DNA of 64,000 nucleotides, taken from positions 3,830,841 to 3,894,840 of the forward strand of contig OY969916.1 in the NCBI GenBank assembly GCA_963704535.1. The letters run 5' to 3'. The translations under genes and the position numbers were made by a program. Every line of letters starts with the position of its first letter. The first letter of the stretch is position 1. The stretch comes from an uncultured Chloroflexia bacterium (GTDB taxonomy: Bacteria > Chloroflexota > Chloroflexia > Chloroflexales > Roseiflexaceae). Positions 40,800-52,600 of this stretch are shown here, piece after piece. The notes under the pieces were generated by a model. That model saw nothing but the letters and a program-made list of their open reading frames with translations, did no database searches and was not told the DNA's origin.

Positions 40800-41173
40800 C
40801 GCGCCACATAATATACCTCACCTGATTATATTTACCGACGCTGCGCTGATGATACGATAGTTTTACCTGGCGTTTGCATAGCTGATCTATGCGAAAAGCG
40901 CCTCTGGTGGCAGAGTTCGCCATTCATCGGCACATGTGCAATGCTGTTTGCGCGGCATCATGTTCCGCGAATATTGGCTGTCTGCCCCAGAACGAGTTGT
41001 GCTTTTGGCGTCGATGAATCTACTATCGCCACACATTTAGAGGGTAACGTACGTCCCGTAGAGCGCGATGGTGCGTAGAAGGGGGGTGGTTGACCGGCAA
41101 GTTGTGTTCACCTGACGGTAGCTTCGAGTTGAAGCCAATACAGATTCCTCCGATTGCGAAAGGAAACGGTTCT

Positions 41174-43033
41174 ATGCGATTCACGCGCATCTCATCGCGG
41201 CGCGGCATTGGTCTGGCGCTGCTCCTTGCCCTGGTAGTTCCGATTCTCGTCGCCTGTGGTGGTGGCACCGGAGCTCAGCCGACGGCTGCTCCAGCCCAGC
41301 CGACAGCCGCCCCGGCCACTGAGCCGACAGCCGCCCCGGCCGCCGAGCCGACAGCCGCCCCGGCCGCCGAGCCAACAGCCGCTCCAGCCGCCGAGCCGAC
41401 AGCCGCCCCGGCAACCGGTGATGCGGGCGGCGTACTCAAGATCCTGTACTGGCAGGCGCCCACGATCCTGATGCCGCACCAGGGCCAGGGCACTAAGGAC
41501 TTCGATGTCGCCTCCCCGATCCTCGAGCCGCTGGCCCGCTACAACGAGAAGGGTGAGCCGATCCCGTACCTGGCCGAGGAGATCCCAACGCCTGAGAATG
41601 GCGGCGTCTCTGCCGACTCCACGACGGTGACGTGGAAGCTGAAACCGGGCCTCAAGTGGTCCGACGGCAGCGACTTCAGCGCCGACGACGTGGTCTTTAC
41701 CTGGGAGTTCTGCGCCGACTCGGCCACCGCCTGCACCACCCAGTCGTCCTTCCTGCCGATCAAGTCGGTTGAGGCCGTCGATGCCACCACCATCAAGATC
41801 ACATACAAGGAGCCGAACCCCGACTATCTGGTCTCGTTTGTCGGCCCTCAGGGTATGATCATCCAGCGTAAGCAGTTCGAAAGCTGCATCGGGGCGGCGG
41901 CGGCGACCTGCCCAGCCAACAACAGCCCGATCGGCACCGGACCCTACAAGCTGCAAGACTTCAAGCCCGGCGATACGGTGATCTACGCCAAGAACGAGAA
42001 CTACCGCGACGCTGCTAATGTCGCCTTCGATACGGTCGAGATCAAGGGCGGCGGCGATGCAGTCTCGGCGGCCCGCGCCGTCTGCGAGACCGGCGAGGTC
42101 GATTACGCCTGGAACCTCCAAGTTGAGAAGGCTGTGATCGAGCAGATCTTCACCGGCGGCAAGTGCGACTTCCTCACCGCCGGCTCGACCGGCATCGAAC
42201 GTATCGTGATCAATTTCGCCAACCCCGACGAGGCGTTGGGCGACAAGCGGGCCGAGCCGGATCAGCCCCACCCGATCCTGAGCGACCCCAAGGTTCGCCA
42301 GGCCCTCTCGCTGGCGATTGACCGCCAGACCATGGCCGATCAGGTCTGGGGCGTCGGCGGCAAGCCGACCTGTAACTCCGTTACCCAGCCGGCGGATATC
42401 AACTCGCCCAATACCGAGTGCCCCTACGACCCGGAGAAGGCCAAGCAGTTGCTCGAAGAGGCCGGTTGGGTCGATTCCGACGGCGATGGCATCCGCGAGA
42501 AGGACGGCAAGCCGTTCCAATTGCTGTACTCGACCTCGATCAACGCGCTGCGCCAGAAGGAGCAGGCGCTGGTGAAGGCCAACTGGGCAGCGGTCGGCAT
42601 CCAGGCCGAGCTGAAGGCGGTCGATGCGGGGGTGTTCTTTGCCAGTGACGAGGGCAACCCCGATACCTTCGGCCACTTCTTCGCCGATGTCCAGATGTAC
42701 ACCAACAGCCCGACTTCGCCGGACCCGACCACCTACTTCAACGACTTCACCTGTTCGCAGGTCGCGTCGAAGGAGAACGGCTGGAAACTCGGCAATAACG
42801 GCCGCTACTGCAGCAAGGAGTTCGACGCAGTCGTCGAGCAAATCAAGAAGGAGCTCGACCCTGTCAAGCGCAAAGCGCTCATGATCCAGGCCAACGACAT
42901 CCTGGTCAATGACGGGGCCATCCTACCGCTGATCGACCGCTCGACGCCCGAAGGCAAGTCCAAGGCGCTGACCGGGCCGACCGGCACCACGTTCGACTCG
43001 GTGCTCTGGAATATCGGCACCTGGAAGAAGTAG
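41174..43033 (+). CDS. ABC transporter substrate-binding lipoprotein, family 5 (peptide/nickel/oligosaccharide type)
   Basis: It has a lipoprotein signal (LLLALVVPILVACGGG), a Pro/Ala/Thr-rich repeat linker and an SBP_bac_5-like body. The track start at 41090 is probably over-extended. Confidence 0.85.
   Translation: MRFTRISSRRGIGLALLLALVVPILVACGGGTGAQPTAAPAQPTAAPATEPTAAPAAEPTAAPAAEPTAAPAAEPTAAPATGDAGGVLKILYWQAPTILMPHQGQGTKDFDVASPILEPLARYNEKGEPIPYLAEEIPTPENGGVSADSTTVTWKLKPGLKWSDGSDFSADDVVFTWEFCADSATACTTQSSFLPIKSVEAVDATTIKITYKEPNPDYLVSFVGPQGMIIQRKQFESCIGAAAATCPANNSPIGTGPYKLQDFKPGDTVIYAKNENYRDAANVAFDTVEIKGGGDAVSAARAVCETGEVDYAWNLQVEKAVIEQIFTGGKCDFLTAGSTGIERIVINFANPDEALGDKRAEPDQPHPILSDPKVRQALSLAIDRQTMADQVWGVGGKPTCNSVTQPADINSPNTECPYDPEKAKQLLEEAGWVDSDGDGIREKDGKPFQLLYSTSINALRQKEQALVKANWAAVGIQAELKAVDAGVFFASDEGNPDTFGHFFADVQMYTNSPTSPDPTTYFNDFTCSQVASKENGWKLGNNGRYCSKEFDAVVEQIKKELDPVKRKALMIQANDILVNDGAILPLIDRSTPEGKSKALTGPTGTTFDSVLWNIGTWKK
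41278..41412 (+). repeat. 21-bp tandem repeat (≈6 units) encoding (A)EPTAAP linker repeats
   Basis: The unit gccgagccgacagccgccccggcc is repeated. The antisense ORFs in the track are artefacts of it. Confidence 0.7.
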
Positions 43034-43039
43034 CAGACT

Positions 43040-43160
43040 GAGGGATTGGAGATTGGGGTGAGAGATGATCTCTCAATCTCCAATCTCCAATCACTAAGCA
43101 TTCCGTGGTGGAAGGGGGGTTTCTTGAGGGGAGCCCCTCAAAATCCCCCTTTTCAGACAT
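43040..43160. repeat. Degenerate copy of the REP/MITE-like repeat with an extra GATTGGAGATTGG/CAATCTCCAATC inverted repeat
   Basis: It has the core GGGGGGTTTCTTGAGGGGAGCCCCTCAAAATCCCCCTTTT and lies between the SBP and permease genes. Confidence 0.45.
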
Positions 43161-43182
43161 CTTCTAAAGGTTAGGACCGGCT

Positions 43183-44133
43183 ATGACACAATATCTGATC
43201 CGGCGGGTCTTGATCGCCATCCCGACGTTGCTGATCATCAGCTTCGTGATCTACGCCATCCTGGCGCTAGCCCCCGGCGACCCACTGGCCCAGTTCGCCG
43301 CCAACCCCGCCGTTCCACCTGCCGTTCGCGAGAATATCAAGCGCTCACTCGGCCTCGACCAGCCCTGGTACATCCGCTATGGCAAGTGGCTTACGTCGCT
43401 GGCCCAGGGTCAGTGGGGCTACTCCTTCGCCAGCAAGATCCCAGTCATCGACTTGATCAAGCAGCGTATGCCCCAAACCTTGATCGTCCTCGGTGTCGCC
43501 TACCTGATCGCCCTCCTGCTCGCTATCCCGATCGGCATCATCTCAGCGGTCAAGCAGTACTCGCTGTTCGATCAGGTCGCCACAACCTTCGCCTTTATCG
43601 GATTCTCGGTGCCCAACTTCTTCACCGGGGTGCTGCTGTTGCTGATCTTCAGCTACACGCTGAGATGGCTCCCCTCGATCTACGATACTCAGTTGAGCCG
43701 GCTGACGCTGGGCCAGCAGATTCAGCAGATGATCTTGCCAGTGACGGTACTGGCGCTTTCGCAGGCTGGCGGGATCACCCGCTTTATGCGCTCGGCGATG
43801 CTCGACAATTTGCCGCTCGATTACGTTCGCACTGCGCGGGCCAAGGGGCTGGCTGAGCGGATAGTAGTCATTCGCCATGTGCTGGCCAATAGCCTGATCC
43901 CGGTGATCACGCTGATTGCGCTGGGCATACCGGGGATCTTCGCCGGGGCGATCATCACCGAGCAGATCTTTCGGATCAACGGGCTGGGTGAGCTGCTCAT
44001 CCGCTCGATCCAGAACTCCGATACGCCAGTGGTGATGGCGCTGACGTTCATTTTCGCCTGTCTGGTGGTGCTGTTCAATCTGATTGCTGATATCCTCTAC
44101 GGCGTCCTCGACCCACGTATCCGCTATAGCTGA
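43183..44133 (+). CDS. ABC transporter permease, DppB/OppB-like
   Basis: It has six TM segments and an N-terminus typical of binding-protein-dependent permeases (RRVLIAIPTLLIISFVIYAI). Confidence 0.85.
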   Translation: MTQYLIRRVLIAIPTLLIISFVIYAILALAPGDPLAQFAANPAVPPAVRENIKRSLGLDQPWYIRYGKWLTSLAQGQWGYSFASKIPVIDLIKQRMPQTLIVLGVAYLIALLLAIPIGIISAVKQYSLFDQVATTFAFIGFSVPNFFTGVLLLLIFSYTLRWLPSIYDTQLSRLTLGQQIQQMILPVTVLALSQAGGITRFMRSAMLDNLPLDYVRTARAKGLAERIVVIRHVLANSLIPVITLIALGIPGIFAGAIITEQIFRINGLGELLIRSIQNSDTPVVMALTFIFACLVVLFNLIADILYGVLDPRIRYS

Positions 44134-44156
44134 TTGGGGATTGGAGATTGGCTACT

Positions 44157-44274
44157 AAGACAAGGTTCTTTGGAGCTTTACAGTTCTGAGAAAAAAGGGG
44201 TTTGCGGGGCAGCCCCCCTCAGTCTCCCCCACTCACATTGTAAAGTAGAATGGCGCCACCCGACACCTTGTCTA
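44157..44274. repeat. MITE-like element (full copy with TIRs AAGACAAGGTT / ACCTTGTCT)
   Basis: It lies between the two permease genes. The core is GAAAAAAGGGGTTTGCGGGGCAGCCCCCCTCAGTCTCCCCC. Confidence 0.55.
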
Positions 44275-44319
44275 ATCACCAATCGCTCATCACAAATCGC
44301 CCGGTAGAGAGAGTATAGT

Positions 44320-45278
44320 ATGGCTAAAGCAAATCCAGCAGTTGAGGCAGGTGCGTCATCGAATGCGCCGGCGATATTACGGGCAGGTGTCTTAGGGCCG
44401 CCGCGCACGCTATGGGGGGATGCCTGGCGCCGCTTCCGGCGGCATAAACTGGCCATGCTCGGCGCCACTATCCTAATCTTCTTCATCCTCTCCTCCCTGC
44501 TTGGCCCGCTGATCTATCGCGTCGATCGTGAAGCACTTGATTTCAGCGCCACCACCTCCGGCTCCTCCCTCAAGCATCCCATGGGCACCGATGACCTGGG
44601 CCGCGATATCCTGGCGCGCGTGCTCTTCGGCGGCCGTATCTCCCTCTCCGTCGGCATGGTCGCCATGCTCATCGCCATTACCGTCGGCACCACGATCGGC
44701 GCGGTGGCCGGCTTCTTCGGCGGCTGGATCGACAACCTGCTCATGCGCTTCACCGATATGTTCCTGGCGCTGCCGCAGCTTCCGCTGCTGCTGCTCACGA
44801 TCTATCTGTTCCGCGAGCCAGTCAAGAGGCTGCTCGGTCCCGAGACCGGCATCTTCGTGATCGTGGTGGGCATGCTCAGGGGTGTTGCAGTGGATGACGA
44901 TCGCGCGGATTGTGCGAGGCTCGTTCCTATCGCTGAAGCAGCGCGAGTTCGTCGAGGCGGCTACCTGCCTGGGCGTGCGGCGCGGCGCGATCATGTTCCG
45001 CCACATCCTGCCCAATGTGCTCAGCCCGATCCTGGTCGCGGCGACACTGGAGGTCGGCAACGCGATCATCGGCGAGTTCGACTCTGTCGTTCCTAGGGGT
45101 TGGCTTCCCGCCCGATACCCCGACCTGGGGGCGGCTGATCTTCGACGCCGGCAACTATATGAAGCAGGCGCCGCATATGGTGCTATGGCCCGGCGCGATG
45201 ATTTTCTTGACCGTGCTCAGCATCAACTACATGGGCGACGGCCTGCGCGATGCCCTTGATCCACGGTCGCGCCTCTAA
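44320..45278 (+). pseudogene. ABC transporter permease, DppC/OppC-like, interrupted by two apparent frameshifts (~44880 and ~45078)
   Basis: The three consecutive ORFs 44320.., 44882.. and 45015.. together form one DppC-like sequence (...IVVGML|WMTIARIVRGSFLSLKQ...AIIGE|STLSFLGVGFPPDTPTWG...). Confidence 0.7.
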
Positions 45279-45385
45279 CCACGCGCCGGCCGCACAGCCT
45301 TCACCACAAGCAGTGAAGCACAAAAGGAGCGCGGGGACTTCCCCGCGCTCCTTGCTTTCCACTCCACCGATTGAGAACCATCGCC

Positions 45386-46225
45386 CTAGATATACTCAAG
45401 CTGGCTGACCCGCCTGCGCCACTCTGCTTTGATCTCGACCGGCGTTCCCTGGCTGGCTAGAAAATCAAACAACATCCGATTGAAGATATTGGGCTGATCA
45501 AGAAATGGGAAATGATTCGACTTAGACAGCTTAATAACCTGTTGCAAGTATCCATGATCCTCATGGAGAAAGGTCGCCTGCTCCGCGCTGACGATCGCGT
45601 CCTTTTCTCCATACACCGCCAGCAGCGGCAGCTCCAGCCGCGCCAGCTCAGGGCGCAGATCCGTCTCCAGAATCGAGTCGAGCACCCGCCCCACAACCGT
45701 CTCAGTCAAGCTCTCGGTATCTTCGACGATCTCGTTGAGGACTTCCCGATACTCCACTTCCAGCTGGCGTACCAGGCGTGCCCAGACATTCGTGGGCGTG
45801 CTGCGGCCAAACAGCCGTGAAAGCGCCCCTGGACGCGAGATACTCTGGATGTGGGCGCCCTGAATCGGGGTGTTGACTGCCATGACTTTCAGGAACCGCT
45901 GCGGCTGCTCGCTGGCGGCCCGGATGGCGACCATCCCGCCAAGCCCGTGGCCCGCCAGGTTGACTTTGTTCAGCCCCAGATTGTCCATGAAGCCATACAA
46001 CATATCCACATATTCCGAGAGCGAGAATGCACTATCGTGACGGTCCGACTCGCCAAAGCCCCAGAAGTCGATCGCGTAAGCACGGTAGCGCTCGGAAATA
46101 TGGTCCATCGTCGGCAGCCAGTAGCGCCAGGAGCCGAGCCAACTATGCAGGAAGATGATCGGCTGGCCTCGTCGCCCTACCACTTCGTAATGGATCAATC
46201 GGTTGTTCAGATGAATTGCGCTCAC
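45386..46225 (-). CDS. α/β-hydrolase-fold protein; the nucleophile-elbow motif reads GHGLGG (Gly in place of the canonical Ser)
   Basis: The sequence IIFLHSWLGSWRYW...VNLAGHGLGGMVA has the fold signature. Confidence 0.65.
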   Translation of the reverse strand: MSAIHLNNRLIHYEVVGRRGQPIIFLHSWLGSWRYWLPTMDHISERYRAYAIDFWGFGESDRHDSAFSLSEYVDMLYGFMDNLGLNKVNLAGHGLGGMVAIRAASEQPQRFLKVMAVNTPIQGAHIQSISRPGALSRLFGRSTPTNVWARLVRQLEVEYREVLNEIVEDTESLTETVVGRVLDSILETDLRPELARLELPLLAVYGEKDAIVSAEQATFLHEDHGYLQQVIKLSKSNHFPFLDQPNIFNRMLFDFLASQGTPVEIKAEWRRRVSQLEYI

Positions 46226-46251
46226 AGCACCAACCTGCCCAAATCGCTCCG

Positions 46252-46620
46252 CTACGCCTTCAGCAGCTCCGCCACCCGCCGCACTAACACATCAGGCGCA
46301 TAGGGTTTGATAATATAGTCACTGGCCCCGGCGGCCCATCCTTCCTCAACCTCGGCGCGCTGACCCCTGGCCGAGAGCAAGATGACCGGCGTCGTCTCCA
46401 TACCTGGCGTTTCTCGAATGCCGCGACACACCGCGATGCCGTCCATCTGCGGCATCTTAATGTCGAGCACCACGAGATCCGGCTGCATTTGGCGAGCCAT
46501 GCTCAGTCCATCTGCGCCGTTGCGTGCTTCACTTACCTCATGACCACCCAGCGCGCGTAGGGCGTAGGACGTCATAAACAGGACATCGGGTTCGTCATCT
46601 ATGACCAGGATACGTGCCAC
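46252..46620 (-). CDS. Single-domain response regulator (CheY-like receiver)
   Basis: The phospho-acceptor Asp sits in ILVIDDE...DLVVLDIKMPQMDG, followed by K in YIIKP. Confidence 0.8.
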   Translation of the reverse strand: MARILVIDDEPDVLFMTSYALRALGGHEVSEARNGADGLSMARQMQPDLVVLDIKMPQMDGIAVCRGIRETPGMETTPVILLSARGQRAEVEEGWAAGASDYIIKPYAPDVLVRRVAELLKA

Positions 46621-46654
46621 AAGGGCCCCCGCTATTGTATGCCCACACCGCAGG

Positions 46655-49600
46655 CTACATCGACTGCGGCTGCTCCGGCTGCTCCAGCTGCTCCGGCTGC
46701 GTCACCGGGAGAATAAAACTAAACGTGCTGCCGACGCCCGATTCGCTCTGCACCCACATCTCGCCCCCATGCAGCTCGACAAACGACTTCGCGATCGAAA
46801 GCCCAAGGCCGGTGCCGCCCACTTCGTCGCGGAGCGGGTTGTCGGCGCGGTAGAAGCGGCGGAACAGGTGTTGCTGCTGCTCTGGCGAGATCCCGACCCC
46901 ATTGTCATCGACCTCGGCCTGGAGCAGACCGGCCGGGTTCACAAACGCCCGCAGTGTTACGCGGCCTTGCGGGTACGTGTACTTCACCGCATTCGAGACG
47001 ACGTTCAAGACGACCTGGGTGATCCGCCGTAGATCGGCGGTGATCTGAGGCAGCTCCTCTTTGATGTCGATCTGGACGTTGAGTGATTTTCGGTCGACCT
47101 CGGCACGCAGTGTTTGGAGCACGTCCTGGAAGACATTCTCGATGCTAACCTGCTCGAAACTGAGTTTGATCTTGTCGGCGTCGATACGTCCGATCTCCAG
47201 AATGTCGTTAATCAGATCCATCAGCCGGTTGGCATTATTCTTGACAACTCCCAGGAACGAGAGCTGCCCCTCGCCGATCGGGCCGGCCGCGCCCAGCAAC
47301 AACAGGTCCACATACCCCTTGATCGATGTGAGCGGCGTGCGTAGTTCGTGCGAGACGCTGGAGATAAAGTCGCGCTTGGCCCGATCTGCTTCGATCTCCC
47401 GTGTCACATCGCGAAGCACCGCCACACTCCCGTAGCGAACCCCATCCGGTCGGATCACCGCCGCGAAGTTCATCGCGATCGACTGCGTCGGGTTCGGGAT
47501 CTCCAGCATACCGACATGGCTCTTGCCCCGCTCGTCAAGCGCGCGCAGCCCATCATACAGCCCGGTGTGGATCAGTTCTGCTCGTCGAGTTGATGATCCC
47601 GGCTCGTGATACTCCTTCAGATGGCCCAGCGGCTGTTTCAACGCGAAGGATGCCGGGATACCCAGCACTTGCTCGGCGGCCGGGTTGAACAGCACGACGT
47701 GCTGCTGTTCGTCCAGCACGATCACACCTTCGGTCACGCTCTGGAGGATCGCCTGGCTCTTGCTGGTTTCCTCGCGCTGCTGCTCGTAGGCCTCGGCCAG
47801 CTGTGACGCCAGGTCGTTGATATACGAGTACAGTTCGGCGTTATGAATCACGATCGCGATCTCATTGGCGATCGTACTGAGGAGCTGCAACTGGGCCTCG
47901 CCGAAATAGTCGAGTTTCGGGCTCGACAGGATCAGCACGCCGAGCGGCTCATCTTTGGTGATCAGCGGGACGGCGATCACTGAGCGCACTTCGTCGGCGC
48001 GCCCCTCCTCGCGCAGCCAGCGCCCGTCGTCGCGGACATCGCCGATGTAGATGCCCTTCTCCTGGCTCAACACCCACCCGGCCAAACCTGATCCCTGTGA
48101 GAAGCTGATCGGGATGTTGGTCGACTCGACGGTGCCGTCGGCGGTGAGTACGGCGCGACAGATCAGTGTCCCGGTGCGCGGGTCGCGCAACATAATCGAG
48201 CCGCGCTTGACGCCGACGGAAAGGGAAGCCAGGCCAAGCGCCTTGGTCAGCGTCTCCTCCAGGTCCAGGTTCTCGGTCAGCTCCACGGTGATCTCGTGGA
48301 CCGCCTGGAGGCGTTCTTTCTCGGCCGAGAGCTGGATGTTGGCATCGGCCAGGGCGGCGGTTCGCTCGGCGACCCGGCGCTCCAACTCGGCCGCGTATTG
48401 CTGCTGCTGCTCGACCAGCCGCGCGTTGCGCAGCGCCTGCGCCGCCTGGCTCGCCAGCGCGAAGGCCAGTTGTGCATCCTCCTCATCATACGCGCCGATT
48501 GTGCTGCTGTCCACCGTCAACAGGCCGATCACCTCGTCGTCCAGCAGCAGTGGCGCGCCAATCCAGCCGTGGCAGTGATCGGTCCCTGCCAGCGGAATCC
48601 AGTACGGAGTGTCCTGGGCGTCGTCGAGCACCAGCGGCCGGCGTGTCTGGATGATATGCGCCATGTTGGCATCATCTTCCAGCTTGACGCTGAATTGTTC
48701 GATCTGGGCACGTACCGCTTCCTCGAAGCCGCGTGTCGCGGCGATACGTACGACATTGTCCTCACGCAGCATCAGTGAGGCGGTATCGTAGGGCACCACG
48801 CGCGCTAGCTGATCAAGAATCAGCGCCGTGATCTCGTCCGGTTTGAGGACGCTCGTCAGGGTTTGGGCCACTTCGCGCAGCGTATCGGCGACCCGCCGCC
48901 GCGTCTGCTCGCTCTGGAACAGGCGCGCGCTCTCCAGCGCCTGCCCACATTGGTTGGTCAAGATCGAGAGCAGCGAGATCTCGCGCTCCTGCCAGGTGTG
49001 GGGTCCCCGCGAGCCGAGCCAGATCGCCCCGATTGGCTGATCGTGTGATCCGATCACGGCGCCGAGCGCGCTCTTCAGGTGCATCTGTGTCCCCAGCGCT
49101 GACTCTTCGACCTCGGCCGCAATATTGTTGAAGACCAGCGGACGATCACTGGACAGCAAGCGCCGCGTCATCCCATTCGTGGCGATCTGGATGGTCCGGT
49201 CGGTCGTCTCGAGGTCCTCATTGTCGAGGATGATCTGCTGGGAGATGTTCAATTCTGTATCAAACAGGAACACCGCCGAGACATCGGCGCGCATGAGCTC
49301 CAGCGCGCTCGACGCCACAATTCCGAGAATTTCGCCCGTGTCGAGCGTCCCAGTCAGGGCCACGCTGATCTCGTGCAGTGCTGTGAGCTCCAGCACGCTC
49401 TGGCGCGTTTCGCCCAGTAAGCGCGCGTTCTCCAGCGCGATCGCGCCCCACGAGGCGATCGTCCCTAGCAGCCGGATGTCTTCCTGTGAGTAGGCCGTAT
49501 CGCGCTCGTAGTCCTCGATCCCAATCGCGCCGATGACTCGGTCAGCGGCGATCATGGGCACGCCTAGCCACGAGAGAGAACGGTCGCCGATCGGGGATAG

Positions 49601-52600
49601 ATCACGTGCCTGAATCTCAGCCTCGCGTTGAGGCCCCTGGAGCAACAGCGGCTCGCGCGATCGGATGACATAGGCCGTGGGGCTGTTCGTGAGGAGCACT
49701 GGATCGACGGTGATTCGCTGACCGCGCAGATATTGCAGCGGGAACGAGATCTCCCCGCGTCGCTCATCATACAACGCAACGTAGAAATTGTTCGTGTCAA
49801 GCAAGCGGCTGGTCTGGCGGTAGAGCAGCTCGATCAGATCGTCATAGCGTGTCGCAGCGCTAAGCTCCTGGCCGATCTCATTGAAGGTCGCCAACTCCTC
49901 GATCCGCCGGCCACGCTCCTGGAACAAGCGAGCGTTGTTGATCGCGATCGCAGCCTGGCTCGCGACCGTCGAGACAAACCGCAGATCATCCTGCGAGAAA
50001 GCGTGCTGCTCATAGCTCTGAAGATTGATCACGCCCAACACGTCGTTGCCGGAAATGATCGGCACGACCAGGAACGACTGCTCGAACTGATTCTCAGGCC
50101 CGATACGCCCGCTGCGTACGTCGAGCCCCATCTGGTCGGCCTGCTCAATCGTGTCGAGCAGCAGCGTCTGTCGATTGCGGATGACCCAGCCGTTAGTTCC
50201 AAACTGCAGTGGTGTCGGTGTGAACGAAAGCCGTTGCCCCTGGTCATAGAAGACCGGGAACCAGATCACATCGGTGCGTGCGTCGTAGAGGCCGATCATG
50301 GAGGTGCTGACGTCGATCACGCGACCGAGTTCACTGTGGAGCCGCTCCAGCACATCTTGAAGGTCCAGGGTTGACGTGACCGCGCTGCCGATATCCTTGA
50401 TAGCGATGACCTCGCGAAGCCGGCGCTCGCGCTCGTCGAACAGCCATGCGTTTGCGATCGCCGTCGCCGCCTGGCTCGCTACGGTGGCCAAGAAGCGCAG
50501 ATCGTCTTCGTCATAGGCGTTCGGCTCATAGCTCTGCACATTGAGGATGCCAAGCACCTGGTCGCCGCGGATGATCGGCACGCCCAGCCACGAAGAGATC
50601 TGTCGCTCACCCAGCACCGGCAGCCCCGTCGAGATCGCGTCCACCTCCTGCTGGGAGCGCAGCAGCAGTGGTCGTCGCTCCATAATCACGCGGTTAACCA
50701 GGCCTGCCCCATCGTCGATCACGATCTCTTCGTCATCCCGGATCGGCACTCCATCGACCCAGCAGACCGGGAAACTCAGACGCCGTGTCTCTCGATCATA
50801 TAGCGCGATAAACGAGTTTGCCGTATTGAGCACCTCGCTGATCCCCTGGTGCAGTGCGGTGAGCAGTTCGTCTTGCTCCAGGGTCGCGCTGATCTCCTGG
50901 CTGATATGATTGAGGGTCGTCAGCTCGGAGATCCGTCGCTCGCGTTCTTCGAACAGACGCGCGTTCTCTAGCGCCATCGCCGCCTGGTCGGCCATACCAG
51001 CGAGCAGCGTTACTTCGTCGGCGCTGAAGTCACGCTGGTAGATGGTCATGACACTCAAGACGCCGATCGTCCGCTCGCGGTAGACCACCGGGACGCCCAT
51101 GAATGAAGTGTACTGATGGACGCGATTGAACTCTGGATAAAGCGAGCCGCCCTCGTGCGCCACATCGGCCACGATCAGCGGCCGGCCAGTCGCGGCCACC
51201 TGCCCCGTCAACCCCTGGCCGACAGGTGGGCGCAACTCACGAGCAACCTCCTCCGGGATGCCGAGCATCGCCGCCGGCACCAGAACATCATCGCTCGTGA
51301 TCGTCCACAGCGCGACGGTATTGACGATCAGCTGGCGGCCGACCACCTCCATCAGCATATCGAGCACCTCGCGCGGCTTGAGCGACGAACTCAGGACGCG
51401 CGCGGCCTCCAACAGCGTCTCGAGCTCGCCAACCTTGCGCTGTAGCGCGGTGGCGCTGCGCTGGATCTCCTCGAACAGCCGGGCTTTCTCGATCGCCGTG
51501 GCCGCCTGATTAGCAATGGTCTGGCAGAGCTCGATCTCCTGCGGGCTGAAATTGCGCTGGCGCCCGACGCTGTCCAGTTGGATCGTTCCGACGATGCTCC
51601 CGCCGACGATCAGGGGAATCATCGCGACCGAGCGCACGTCCAGCGTACGCAGCACCTCTTGTGACTGTATGAATCGAGAGTCGGCCAGGACGTCGAAGGA
51701 GATCAGCGGCCCCTGGTGCTTGTCGAGCCAGGCAGTAAGTGGATTGTCTTGCAGGGGGATTTGCAAGCTCGCCGTCAGATCAGTCGAGATATACTCCGCC
51801 GCTAGGGTTGCGAAGCCGGTCGCACGATCGTACAAGAACATCCCGGCCTGGTCGGCGCCCGTAGCGCGTGCCATAGCCTCAGTCGCGGCCTGTAGGATCT
51901 CAGTGATCTCCAGGGTTGCGACCGCCACCGACGAAACGCGGTTGAGCAAGCCAAGCTGGTCGACCTGCTCCTGCGCTCGCGCGAAGAGCCGCGCATTCTG
52001 CACCCCCAGCGACACCTGCGCACCAACGCTGACGAGGAAGCCCTCATCGCGTGCGTTGAACACATAGGCCCGATGGCTGGTCACGGCAAGTGAGCCGATC
52101 GGCGTGCCGTCATAGGCGAGAATGGGAATGCCCAGGTACGAGCGTGTGATGCTATCTTCCTGGGAGCTAATGAACATCACCTGTAGGTTGTCGTAGGCGC
52201 TGATCTCCTGCTTGATATCGCCGAGCCGTAGCGGGCGGCTATTGCGGATGATCCAGCCTGCCAACGTCCCCTCGCTGAAATCTTCCGCGAGCGGTCGCTC
52301 GGTATCGAGCAGCGCCTCAGTGCCGTCGATCACCAGCACGCGTGTGGTCTGGCGCTCACGGTTGAGCAGTGTCATACTGACGCCGCCGGCTCCGAGCACC
52401 TCACGCAAGACATGGTCGATTCCCTCGACCATCGGGCGCAACTCAAGCGTCGAGTTGGTCACGCGGCCGATGCGCCCCAGGGCGTCGAGTTCGGCGATCT
52501 GTCGCTCGCGTTCAGCGAAGAGACGGGCGTTCTGAGCCCCCAGCGCAACCTGGCTGGCGACCGTCGTCATAAACGCAAGTTCACGCTCGCTATAGCGGTT

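Noticed and set aside
41192-42841. 549-aa minus-strand ORF and several Pro/Arg-rich ORFs overlapping the SBP gene
   Set aside because: They are antisense to a well-supported SBP gene. Their translations are low complexity and driven by the GC-rich 21-bp repeat.
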